Shown here: positions 25,940 to 37,600 of the stretch, in pieces
How positions within the stretch are numbered: position 1 is the stretch's first letter
How the letters are laid out: each line of letters opens with the position of its first letter
NCBI GenBank assembly: GCA_002269645.1
Contig: NIVC01000172.1
Coordinates: forward strand, 1-64,000
Length of the DNA: 64,000 nt
Direction: 5' to 3'
DNA from: Macrostomum lignano
Lineage: Eukaryota
Notes under the pieces: model-generated
What the model was told of the DNA's origin: nothing
Databases searched by the model: none
Seen by the model: the letters and a program-made list of their open reading frames with translations, nothing else
Program-made: the position numbers and the translations under genes

Positions 25940-26449
25940 TTGACACTAACTCAACAATTCCCAACTTCAGTTAACCTGAACGCGATTGAGCTGTGCTCTG
26001 AACGCGATCCTGATGGGTGGTGGCTGATCGTGATGGACGGGCCACACTTTCATCGCGGGGTTGTGATTCACCAGCTGCAGCAGCGCATCTCAGTTCGCAT
26101 CCTGCCAACCTACGCTCCATTTCTGAATCCGTCCGAGCTGGCCAACAGCGCTCTGAAGGCTAAAATTAAATGCCGCTTGGTCGAGACGGAATTGATGGAG
26201 AAGGAGGCTGCTCCTCCTGAAGACGTGATGCTGGAAGACTGGAGATTCATGCTAATGGAACGAGAAGCCCGCGCGGCCGTAGCTGAAACTATCACAGCAG
26301 ACAAGGCGGCAGCGTGGGAGCTTCATTGCTCTCGTCTGTTCGGTTTGTGCATCGAAGGTCACCAATTTTCTCCAATTTTTGCATGCTACATAACTCAAAA
26401 GCTGGACCGTTTAAAATTAGCTTTCGATTCTGTTTGCGTTTGTATTTAG
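25940..26449 (+). pseudogene. IS630/Tc1-like transposase C-terminal fragment
   Basis: IVMDGPHFH and LPTYAPFLNPSE motifs of DDE_3 transposases; N-terminal half missing. Confidence 0.8.
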
Positions 26450-26780
26450 TTTTTATCGTATTGTATTCAGTTCTTGACATTCTACAGTTTTATAGCTCAT
26501 TGTCGTAAACTATGTCATAGACATTGTCATAGAATATAGAAATAGGCGTGGAAAAGCACTGAATTCTAAACTTGGTTGGCTTTTTTGGCCTTTTTATGTC
26601 TATGGCCAAGAGTAGTGTCGATGCTAAATCAACGGAAAGGTTGGGAACACTCGCTGACTGCGCAAAGCGGATTCTCAAGGTTGGCTTTATTATCAACTAA
26701 ACATTTAAGCACTCAAAACCAAGAATTGAATCCTATATTATATGAATCGATCAACATCGCTTTCAGGAAGTCTATACTAA

Positions 26781-27637
26781 TATAGCTTTTTGTAGCCCAT
26801 TTGTGCCTACGCACATTGAATTTAATCCAAAATGCGTTTGTCAATGTAATGGTGCTTTTGTCTATGGTAGACTGGCGAATGGCTCAGGAGCGTTTGGACC
26901 AAATTGATGCTTGTTGGACCAAATTGATGCTTGTTGGACCAAATTGATGCTTGTTGGACCAAATTGATGCTTGTTGGACCAAATTGATGCTTGTTGGACC
27001 AAATTGATGCTTGTTGGACCAAATTGATGCTTGTTGGACCAAATTGATGCTTGTTGGACCAAATTGATGCTTGTTGGACCAAATTGATGCTTGTTGGACC
27101 AAATTGATGCTTGTTGGACCAAATTGATGCTTGTTGGACCAAATTGATGCTTGTTGGACCAAATTGATGCTTGTTGGACCAAATTGATGCTTGTTGGACC
27201 AAATTGATGCTTGTTGGACCAAATTGATGCTTGTTGGACCAAATTGATGCTTGTTGGACCAAATTGATGCTTGTTGGACCAAATTGATGCTTGTTGGACC
27301 AAATTGATGCTTGTTGGACCAAATTGATGCTTGTTGGACCAAATTGATGCTTGTTGGACCAAATTGATGCTTGTTGGACCAAATTGATGCTTGTTGGACC
27401 AAATTGATGCTTGCTGGACCAAATTGATGCTTGTTGGACCAAATTGATGCTTGTTGGACCAAATTGATGCTTGTTGGACCAAATTGATGCTTGTTGGACC
27501 AAATTGATGCTTGTTGGACCAAATTAGATGCCGCTGTGCCAGCCTTGCTGCCATAGACAAAAGCTCCATTGCATTGGCAAACGTATCTTGGATTAAATTA
27601 AATGCGTGTAGGCCCAAATGGGCTGCAAAATACTATA
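26781..27637. mobile_element. MITE-like element with ~110-bp TIRs, TA flanks and an internal 20-bp array
   Basis: Left arm TATAGCTTTTTGTAGCCCATTTG...GCTTTTGTCTATGG is inverted relative to right arm CCATAGACAAAAGC...CAAATGGGCTGCAAAATACTATA; both resemble the TIR at 21931-22075. Confidence 0.8.
26896..27525. repeat. 20-bp near-perfect minisatellite GGACCAAATTGATGCTTGTT (~31 copies)
   Basis: Tandem array with a single visible variant unit. Confidence 0.97.
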
Positions 27638-27986
27638 TTTATCTTTCTCATTTTCATAGCTCATAACTGTGGCGGTGTTTTATCATACGAGCTATCCTAG
27701 GAAATTTCAGAATCTGATGCAAACATTTGCGCCCAATTGAATGAATAAGTTTTGCAAATTTAAACTTGGCAGTTTAGCAGCTGCTGCAGCCGGGCTGTGA
27801 GGTTTTGCTGCATCCAACTCACAGCCCACACAGTTCCCATTTACGATTATCTTTTATCCCTAACCAAGTTTTTGATCAGCAAAAAATTCTCCAAAGAAGA
27901 GTTGGAAAATGAGGCCATGGAGTTTTTTGTCCAGAGTTGGCAAATTTTACAGATCTGGCTTTGTGCGACTGGCAACTCATGTTGAG

Positions 27987-28130
27987 GGGGTTGCAGCCTA
28001 GTGGTCAGAGCGTCGGACTCACGACTGAAAGGTCGGTGGTTCGACTCTCGAACCACTCGGAACAATTTGTGTCCTTGAGCAAGACACTTAACTCTGCATT
28101 GCTTCAGTTCATCCAGCTGTAAAATGGGTG
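27987..28130 (+). mobile_element. tRNA-derived CORE-type SINE, copy 2
   Basis: A box CAGCCTAGTGG, B box GGTTCGACTC, then TGTGTCCTTGAGCAAGACACTTAACTCTGCATTGCTTCAGTTCATCCAGCTGTAAAATGGG, similar to the MIR/CORE domain. Confidence 0.85.
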
Positions 28131-29163
28131 CCAGCATTAGCTGGGTTTGAGGGTGTGGCGACCCAGCATTCCATGGACTGAACAGCCGTACGCAGCCTTC
28201 AGATGCGCCGCGCAACAGCTGCGGCTGAGCTGTCGGTTGCATCTGGCCATATCAGGGCAGGTGTATTCAGTTAGTATTAGTTATTGTTGAGTTAATATTA
28301 CATATACATATGCTTTTCGCTCTGAATAATTATAATTCGTCAAAAAGCGCAAGAACTTTATGGATGACTGGGTATAATACTTCAAGTAGCACGAGTCTCT
28401 TTTTTCAGAACATTCTGCTGCCCGCTAAGACCAAACTAAAACCAAACCACTCATGGAAAAGATAAATTTAGAATTCAACAATCTGCAGTCTATAGAGGTG
28501 TCAGAGTCCAATTACACAGAACAGGTACAAACCAAGCTTATAAGCAGATTAGCAATTAAAATTCACCTGCCTTCGCTATGCAAATCAACTAAACTACATG
28601 TTTTTTTTCAAATCAGTTGGAAATGAATTACAGTGAAGGGTAAAGATAAGGTAAATTGAACAAGTTAGAGAAACTCGTTAGGCAATTCATTAGATTTGCG
28701 TTGCAATCAACTTGTACAAATATTATCGTAACCAAGCTGATGACATTCACAGCACACGTGATTGCAGGCAAACCAGGTTGCTGCGAGATCAGCTCTATCT
28801 ACCAGGGGCCGAACAGAGAGAATTTCGCTGCAACTTTCACTGTGCGCTTTCCATGTCTGCGCACCGATCTGCACTCTAGAGTCTTCGGCTTGTCGGCAAT
28901 ACGCAATTCAAACGCGAGCTTGTTGGGCAAGTGCAGTTCACCCCTCGTCTCCAGTCACCTTGAACTAGCTGTATGCTAATAAGTGTGACGCTTTATATGC
29001 TGGTACCGCCCACCACTAGATAAGTGGAGAACACCTAGCACATAGCAGAAAAGTCGGCTATAGTGAAGCCAAGGTTAAATCAGGCTGCTACGTAAAGCGC
29101 TCTCACCTTTTGGAAGCAGCAAAATAGACTCACCAAGCCGATACCGAACAGTATTCAGCAGCA

Positions 29164-30743
29164 ATGACTCAACGTCGCAGCTCCTCAGGCGTCACAGCCT
29201 TCCTCGCGTTCTCCTGCTTCTCCGCCTTTCTCGGCGCTGTCTGCTTCGGCTGGAGCACCGGGGTGATCAACAATCCAAAGGCGAGCATCGTCCGCCTGAT
29301 CAACGAGTCCACAGCGGCTCACTACGGTGTCCAGCTGACCGCGTACACAGCCGACGTGCTGTTCTCCGTGGTCGTGTCGATGTTCGCCGTCGGCGGCATG
29401 ATCGGCGCTCTGGTCAGCGGCTACTGGGCCGAGCGGCTGGGCCGCAGGAACGGCATGCTCGTCAACTCTGGCGTTGGCGTGGTGGCCGCTCTCCTGATGT
29501 CGGTGGCGAAACCGGCTGGAAGTTTTGAGATGCTGATCATCGGCCGGCTGCTGATCGGCTTCTGCAGCGCTCTGTACACGGGGCTGGTGCCGATCTACCT
29601 GGCTGAGATCGCGCCCAGACAGCTGCGTGGCGGCATCGGCGTGCTGAACCAGCTCGGCGTGGTGACCGGCCTGCTGCTGTCGCAAGCGCTCAGCATCCAG
29701 CAGGCACTGGGCGGGCCGCAGCTCTGGCCGATTTTGTTCGCTATTGCCGGCCTGCCAAGCGTCTTGCAGCTCGCCTGCCTGCCGGCCTGCCTGGAGACGC
29801 CGCGGCACCTGCTGCTCACCAGACACGACGAAGCTGCAGCTCGCTCGGCTCTGTGCCAGCTGCGCGGCGTCGACAAAGGAGACAGCGAGGACAAGTCCAT
29901 CGACGAGGAGTTGGCGGAGATTCGCTCCGAGTTGGACGGCCAAACCGGTCAGGAGCAGCGGCAGGGCTGCTCGCGCCTCGCTGCCCAGTGGCGGCCTCTA
30001 ATTGTGGGGATTGTGCTGCACCTGTCCCAGCAGTGGTCAGGCATCAACGTCATCTTCTACTACTCAGCTGATCTGTTCCAGGGCGTCGGAGCATCAGAGT
30101 CGGCGGCACAGCTGGCCACTATCGCGGTCGGTGCCATCATGGTGGTGATGACGCTCGTGTCCGTGCCGCTCATGGACCGGGCTGGCCGGCGGACTCTTCA
30201 CCTGGCGGGCCTGGCGGGCATCACGGTGGCCTCCGCTCTCTTCACTGTGCTGTTCAGCGTCGGCCAGCAGCAGAAAGTCAACGGCGCGGTGCCAGCCGGC
30301 CTCGCTGGGGGAGCATCGCATCCGCGCTGCTCGTCGTGGTGTTCTTCGCCATCGGTCCCGGCTCGATCCCCTGGATGATGATGTCGGAGATGTTCCCGCA
30401 GGACTCTCGCTCAGCGGCTAACGCTGTCGGCGTGCTGGTGAACTGGCTGGCGAACTTCACCGTCGGTATGTTGTTCCCCGTGCTACTGGACGGCCTCGGC
30501 TCGCTGGTGTTCGTGCCGTTCACCGTCCTGACGGCCGCGTTCCTTGCCCTCCTGTTCCTGCGCATGCCGGAGACCAAAGGTCGCAGCATCGATCAAATCG
30601 TTGCGTCGTTCAGTCGCCATGGAGACCGGGGTGGAGGCTCAGTAAGTCCCGAAATTGCGGAGCCAGCAAGCGAGGCGACCGTGATTCTCGGCAGCACAGG
30701 CCTGAACAGTGGAAGACCTGGCAGCGGCGGCAGCTACACCTAA
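29164..30743 (+). CDS. Facilitated hexose transporter, GLUT/SLC2A class I-like; intronless, one frameshift near 30305
   Basis: FGWSTGVINNP, ERLGRRNG, GRLLIGF, IYLAEIAP..LRG, ETPRHL, QQWSGINVIFYYS, DRAGRR; the second frame continues FFAIGPGSIPW..SEMFPQ..PETKGRS. Confidence 0.9.
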
Positions 30744-31974
30744 ACACAAGGACAACTAAAGCAACACAACGTATATACAGGATGCGACACTAACGTTTCA
30801 TGGAATTAGTTTTGAAGGCCACTTTTCGCCGAAAATACACTACGGAGATAGGAAGTCTTCGTTGTTTTAGCACAAAAATTGTTATTGCTTTCGATAGGAG
30901 GCAGAACCAATGTTAATCTTTTGATTTATTGTGCCTTTCTTATATCAGACAGCTCTATTGATATTTGATGGGTTTCGGCCTTTTCGGCTCCTTTGTGGAA
31001 GCCTTCGGGCCTCAGGTCTCAGAAATGAATCCATTAGAGTCCTGGCCCCCCCACTCCTGTCAGATGGTCAGCCCCATGGTAGCTTGATCTGTGGCGAGCA
31101 GTCTAGGTCCTATAGCTAAGAGAGGGACAGCGAGAGACAAGCAGAGAATTTTGAAGGTAGAGATCAGCTAATCCGCAGATTAACTAACCCGCTGCCACCA
31201 GCCCGTGCGTTCTGGCTCACCAAACCGGAACTTTCGAAATCGGGCTTCCGACTAGAGGGGGCTTAGCACTTACCTGCCAACTAGTGTCTTTTTGCTGTCA
31301 ATCTCGAAGTCATAGCCGATGTAGGGACACTGCAGGGACTGATCGCATTGGCCATGCAGGTACAGAGGGGACTCGTGCAGGGATTCTTGCAGTGGCGAGA
31401 CTATGGGGTAGCTACATGTATTATTACATTGCTAAATACGAGGAATTGTACTTTTGGCCTTCAACGCCAACAAGCCTCTCGTAGAGCTGATGATAGCTAA
31501 CTCGAACACTTCACACCTCAGATTAAATTGAGGCTTCGGACTACTAACAGTATTATTAATGATTTCTGGCTCAATAACAGCCTGTTGAACAAATGAGCAA
31601 AAGTGTGCGCCTAATTCCAGCTATTGAAATAGGGACAGATAAGGAATCACCCAATCAAGCAAGTCTAGGTAGCCTCTCACCAACCAATCAAAAACTCAAC
31701 AGCCGGAGACCAGGTAATCCACAGTGACCGAATCGGCTTAGTGCTTCGCAGCTGTAGGCCCGGATAATGCTGATGTCACAACCTTCGCAGATAGCTAGCA
31801 GGTGATGTCTTAATCTTGATGTTCGCTGCTGACGACCGGGGGGATTCGACCTTGATGATGATGGGGGGAGTCGCGATCCGGGAATCAAGAGACGACGGTC
31901 GATCTCCGGGAGGTCTATGTTAGGCCAAAGTCCCAGGAGGCGGAGCAGGAGGTTGAGTACGAGCGGGCCAAAAA

Positions 31975-32090
31975 CACCGGTTTAAATAGCCGCCAACTGG
32001 ACCGCAATTTGTTATAATGGAATACCTCGACGCTGATTGGCTGAGCTGATTTGTTATAACGCACGTCGAATTTTCTGATTGGCTGAGCTT
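31975..32090 (-). promoter_or_regulatory. Orphan promoter-like cluster (two CCAAT boxes + TATTTAAA)
   Basis: CTGATTGGCTGAGC at ~32033 and ~32075; TATTTAAA on the minus strand at 31988-31981; no downstream gene recognised. Confidence 0.3.
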
Positions 32091-32146
32091 GTTGCCACCC
32101 AAACTCACGTGACCAGAATATCCTATCAGTTCCCTCGGGCCATTAA

Positions 32147-32543
32147 AATACGACAGGTGCGGTCATAAATCACTCAAAATCGCTACATAATGATTTATGA
32201 CCTTTCGCGTAGGAATTATAAAAATTAATGAAAAAATATACATCAGAAAGCTCTTATTAAATAGAAAGTGAAGATATTGAAGAGAAATCGCTAATCGCTA
32301 ATCCCAACGTACTTTTAGGGGTAAAACGCATAGCTGTCAAAGCTGTCACACGCTTGAGTGAACACGAACAATAGGCCCTGACCTCATAAATCTTGATGGC
32401 CTGTCAAAATGATGAGAAATAAGCTACCGCCCGCATCCTCTCAGACCATCTGGCGCCAGTCTCAGCACTGAGTGAGGCGGGGGTGGCTGTCAGACCAGCT
32501 CGAAGGCGATGATTTATGACCCAAAAGCCGCACCTATGTTATT
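32147..32543. mobile_element. Putative MITE with imperfect TIRs
   Basis: Left AATACGACAGGTGCGGTCATAAATCA versus reverse complement of right AATAACATAGGTGCGGCTTTTGGGTCATAAATCA. Confidence 0.5.
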
Positions 32544-32959
32544 ATAACTACAAGTATGGCAAAATCATATAACTACAAAAGTTCTACTAGTATGGATTCT
32601 AGGCAATTTACATAAAGAGAAAAATGCCCATAGCCTGCTGTTAGTAGGCTAGTAAGTTTGGAGCGTGAAGTTTGGAAAAAAGTGCGTCCTCATCATATTT
32701 ATAAAGCATTTCGTTCAGAACTTTAGGATTAAATGTTAATTTTTTTATTCTAGGTACATTCCCTGTGAGCAAAAATCGCATCGCACAGCTTGAATCTTTG
32801 TTTTTCTGAATCCATTTTATCATCTCTGTGACACATATTGTTACACAGTCAGCCAAAAAATGACGAAATAGATTCATAAAACCAATGATCGAGCCGAGCC
32901 GTGTCATTTTAATGGTTTTTAGGCACAGGAGATTTGCAATTGTATGTACATGTAGAATA

Positions 32960-34470
32960 AAAAGTAACATAGAATCCCAATTTTCTGAACAAAAAGCTTT
33001 ATGAATATCAATAGAGCTGTAATAAAGGCACAACATATTAAACGATGAACGCTGGGTCCGCCTCCTATCGAAAACAGTAACAATTTTTGTGCTGAAAAAA
33101 TGCTAACCTTCTATCTCCGTTGTGTATTTTTCAATGAAAAGTGGCTTTCAGAACATTTTCCATAGATTTCGAGTGTTGCGTTCTTCTACTTTAGTAGTCC
33201 TTGTCTAAAACAAATTCCCTGACTACTGCTGTCTCAGTAGACACTATAGTTTGCAATTCTGTCAATAACAAAGTTATGTGCACACATTGATTGCGTAGTC
33301 GTATCGCTTTAACTCAATATTTAAGAAATTAATTTGAAGGTCAAAAATTGCTTGAAAGCGTACAAGAGAGACAGCAATTATCCTGCTTTCTTGCCCTATT
33401 TCGATAAGTGTATAAAAGCTTTCTACTCTTATTTTCGAGCATGCAATCGGCGGTGCAGAAGCAGGCAGTAACAAAAGGAATTGAGTTTGCCGCAGAAAAA
33501 AGGTTGGATCGGATGCGTGCACTTTGCTTTGTTAAATAGTCTTGTCGGGAATAAGAAAAATTATAAAATATCAGACGCAAAAAAATCCTTAAAATACTTT
33601 GAATACTACTGCCAGGCTTCAAAGTGAGTAGCTGGATAGCATTTATTGCGCATATGTTTACGAGCTCCTATGAAGATAAAATAGTACAAAATTGACGATA
33701 AAAATATTGAAAAAATCAACCGAACTTGCAAATCGAAAACAAAACTCAAGTAGCAGTCAAGGACAGAGAAATCACAAAGTCGCTGATTTTTTAATGTTAG
33801 CCTAATTCTGATTCTAATTTTGTACAGTCCGCGGCTGTTTCAGAAGCCTGTGCACGATAACTTTTGCCAGGACGAAGGCGTTGCGCCAGGGTAGTTCTAA
33901 TTACACAGTTGCTCAAAGGACTACTCGTCCGTCCAGTAAAAGCTGGACGGGAAATTACGTTTCTTGGAAAATTTTAGACAGCAGATTTTACCGAAAAAAT
34001 ACATCTTTTGATGCGAGCGTATCTTGCCTTTCTTATAGCTCTATTCATATTCATAAAGCTTTTCGTTCAGAAAATTAGGATTCTACGAAGGCTGTCTCAA
34101 ATTAGTGTTACTTTTCATTATATCTCTCGTTCTAATGATTCAAAAAATATCATTTTGCACAATTTTACAGCGGCAACTTTCTTCTTTATATTAACTTTAG
34201 CATTTTTTAAACCAGACAATTGAAACAAAAGTTATAAACTAAAATGTAGCAGGAGCTCCAATCCTCGAATCTCGAGCTATAAAAAGGGCAAGACACATCA
34301 AAAGATGAGCATTGTGTCTGCCTGCTATCAAAAGCAATAAAAATTTTTGTGCTGAAAAACTTAAAATCTTGCAGCTATCTCCGTAATGTATTTTTTCGGC
34401 AAAATCTGCCTCCGAAAAGTTTCCAAGAATCGCAGTTTTTTCGTCCTACTTGAGTAGCCCTTGGTTTGTT
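32960..34470. repeat. AT-rich region with mixed inverted and direct diverged repeats (decayed foldback-like element)
   Basis: 32970-33050 is inverted at 34000-34082; 33060-33200 is directly repeated at 34320-34470. Confidence 0.55.
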
Positions 34471-34670
34471 CCTGTCCAGTCTCGATTGCTTGTTTCCAAA
34501 AATAATCATATTTTTCTAAACTTAATCGGCAACAAACTTGTAGATCAACACCGACTATTTACACAATGAGAAATTGTAAATTTAACTTCGAAATGTCCAA
34601 AAAACTACCTTCTCTCTTATTCTTACAGCCAGGCCGTTGAACGGCCATTCGTCACAAATAAGTTTAACAC

Positions 34671-37600
34671 TCAGCCGACCAAGTCAGTCCGGTCGGCCGT
34701 CCGTAGGTACAGCGCCCGCTTCCACTGTCCTTCGTTGGCTGGCTCTGCCGCCTCGGCCAGCCGGAAGTGGTTGCCGGTCGTGACGCTCTCCGGCAGGTTC
34801 CTGTCAGCCAGCCGCCTATAGCTGTCAGCCGTGTCAGCGCTCAGCCGGTCGTCCAGGAACACCAGGATTCGCCGCGTCACTCGCGTCACCTGCTGCAGCT
34901 CGATCAGATTGTCTAGCAGGCGTCGGTTATCATGGTTGTCTTCCTGGAACCAGCGCGCCATGGAGGGTGTCAGCAGGATGACGAACTGACGCGTGCACTT
35001 GAGAAACCGAGGCTTGGCGGCTTCGGAAGCGCCGGCCAGTACGCGCTCGAAAGTGTCGGGAAAAGCGTTGACCAGCGACTGCTGGCAGGAGGCCAACAGC
35101 AGGCGGCGGCTGGAGCACTCAGCGATGATGGCGCGCAGAAGGGCGTCAGCGCTGGCTTCCTCTGGTGCTGCCGGTAGCGCCAGCAGCAGCACGTCGCAGC
35201 CGTATCCGCCCGAGTGAGGCGGCCATTCTGGAAGCGGCTGCTGCCCGGGCTGCGTCAGCTGGCCTGCGATGGGAGAAAAATTGTTTTCAGTAAATTTAAA
35301 TATGGGTGAAAGGCTTGGGCAGGGCAATGGTGAGGATATTTCATCGGGAGGAAGCGCCAGCACCAGGGGCACCAGCACCAGGGGCGCCAGCACCAGGGGC
35401 GCCAGCGCCAGGGGCGCCAGCACCAGGGGCGCCAGAACCAGGGGCGCCAGTGCTGTCGTATAGGTTTTTTACAGCTCTTTGCTTCCTTGTTGTCAGGAAT
35501 TTTTAGTACATTTTAAGTGTCTTGGAAGGTTGATTGATTGGCCGTCAGCTTAAAAACGAGTCCATAGAACTAGCATATTGAATTCTAGTAGCCATTTATA
35601 AATACGTCTATTTTAGTTTTATCCACCCGTCTGCCTCACTGGCCAGGTCCATTGCGCAGACGTCACCCAATAGGGAGGCTCCCTCCCGGCTTCCGGTAGC
35701 GGTCGCGGCAGCCATCTCGTCCGTCTCCTCGTCGTTGGTCGCCTCGCCGCCCGGAGACAGGAACGCCTTCAGTGCCGGACCGGCCGCGACAGCGCGATTG
35801 AATTTGGCCCGACAGACCAGCGAAGCCACCTTGTACTCCCAGTCGATGCTGCCGTGCTTCACGGACCGGCTGAACAGAGCGGCGACCGCGCCGGAGACCT
35901 GGCGACCGTAGGAGTGTCGCAGTTGCTCGTGCTCGCTGGACACGCCGCGGGAGAGCTTCAGTAGCACGATGTAGTCGGCAGGGTTGCGACCGCTGGCTGA
36001 AATTTCGCTGACCGCCTGCAGCAGGTCGTGGAAGCCGGAGTGAAGAAACCGCTTGGACAACAGGACTACAACGGTGCGACTGAACCGGACGCCGTCCGAA
36101 ACGGACTCGAAGCGAGTCTGCTGCATGAACCCGCTGCCCCTGTGCACGGCGTAGTCCATCGAGTGCGAGCTGCTCAGTCGGTAGAATCGGAACGCCGAGT
36201 CCAGATCGCGGAGCACCCCGACCAGTGTGGACTCATCCTGACGAATGTTCGGAGTACGAGTACGTATGAGTACGTACGGAGTACGTATGAATGCCCATAT
36301 TGATACGAAATCTTACCTGTTGATCGGCCAGAAAGAAGACGTCAAACTCGAATTCGTCGCCATTACCGCAGCGAGCAAGAGCTCCGGCTTCGCTGGAGTC
36401 CATTAGCCGTTTTCTTTGCATGTACTTTAGGATGAAGAACATTTCAACCGCTCCGTACACTTTGTGCCGCTTGGTAATCAGCGCTAGAAGCAGAAGACTG
36501 CCAAGGATTGAGGCTACGGTAATCAGCATCCACTTGACCGTGGCTTGACGCATCGCTTCCTGATAGGTTTCCATGGCGGCGCAGAGCTTACGAAGTTTTC
36601 CTCCATCATCGACTGAGTAGGGCGCGCTCAAGTTTAACGGAAGTCCCTTGTTGCTCCAACCGGAATTCAAGAACTCTCTGTACGCCTTATTGAACTCTGA
36701 GTCATTGAAGCTGCAACTGATGAGACTGAAGTCGCTAACAAACTGCCCGGCTACAGATATGTTGATGAGCTGCTGCTGGAAGGTGAGCCACTCAGAGCGG
36801 CACGAGCACACCCACGCATTGCCGCGCAAAGTCAAGTTTGAAAGTCGGCTAAACGATTTGAAGATGTTCATATCGAATGGTCGGATGAGATTGCTGCTCA
36901 AATCGAGAGTCGAAAGCGTCTTCTCCAGGCCGGAGAATGTAAACTGACTAATTATTCGCAGTCGGTTTCCCCTTAGTTCCAGCACCTCGATGTTGTACTG
37001 GGTTCCGTATCTAGTCAAGTTGAAGGCGTGATCTTCGATCTCCAAGATGTGGCTATAGCACATGCTGAGGTAGCGCAGCTTCGTCGAAGGTGACTCCTTG
37101 CCCTTCGCCCATCGGAGCATGCCAACTGAGAACTTGCCAGCAATGCCAATCATTGAGATCCTGTTTAGCGACAGCTTCTTCACCGGTATTCGGATAGGAA
37201 AGTTGAACGGATCGGCGTGCATGTTGTCGCAGTTGATGTCAGCGTAGGACCAGTCGCGAGAGTGCCAGCACAGGCAGGAGCTGATGCACCTGGTACGGCA
37301 TCCCGTGCTTGAGTTCTTAAAACAGTACCTTCTAGGCACTTCAACCTCAATGTAGCCATAGTAGGGACAAATAAAGTTACTTGGCCTGGATGCTCTCAAA
37401 CTTTTATTTGTTTTTTGGGTAACATTCTCGTGCATGAAAAATTCACAGTGGTAGTCCCTGGTCTCATTGTATGAGAACTGCGGATATTTGTACACTTCTG
37501 AGCACGCTTTCGTATGCTTCTGAAGCTCGATTTCTGAAACAGCATAAACGTGGTTACAGGTGCACAGCTGGGTTACTTTCTGTCCAGATATGTACAGCAT

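Noticed and set aside
26896-27525. CRISPR-like appearance of regular short repeats (also 41396-43165 and 49150-53556)
   Set aside because: Units are contiguous with no unique spacers, no cas genes, and the context is eukaryotic.
23269-27617. Repeat ORFs SMVLQHSLV, YGLATLASV and NLVQQASIWSNKHQFGPTSI
   Set aside because: Translations of the 27-bp and 20-bp arrays.
27987-28060. Possible tRNA gene
   Set aside because: Acceptor and anticodon stems do not pair properly and the sequence runs into a CORE-like SINE body; treated as a SINE head.
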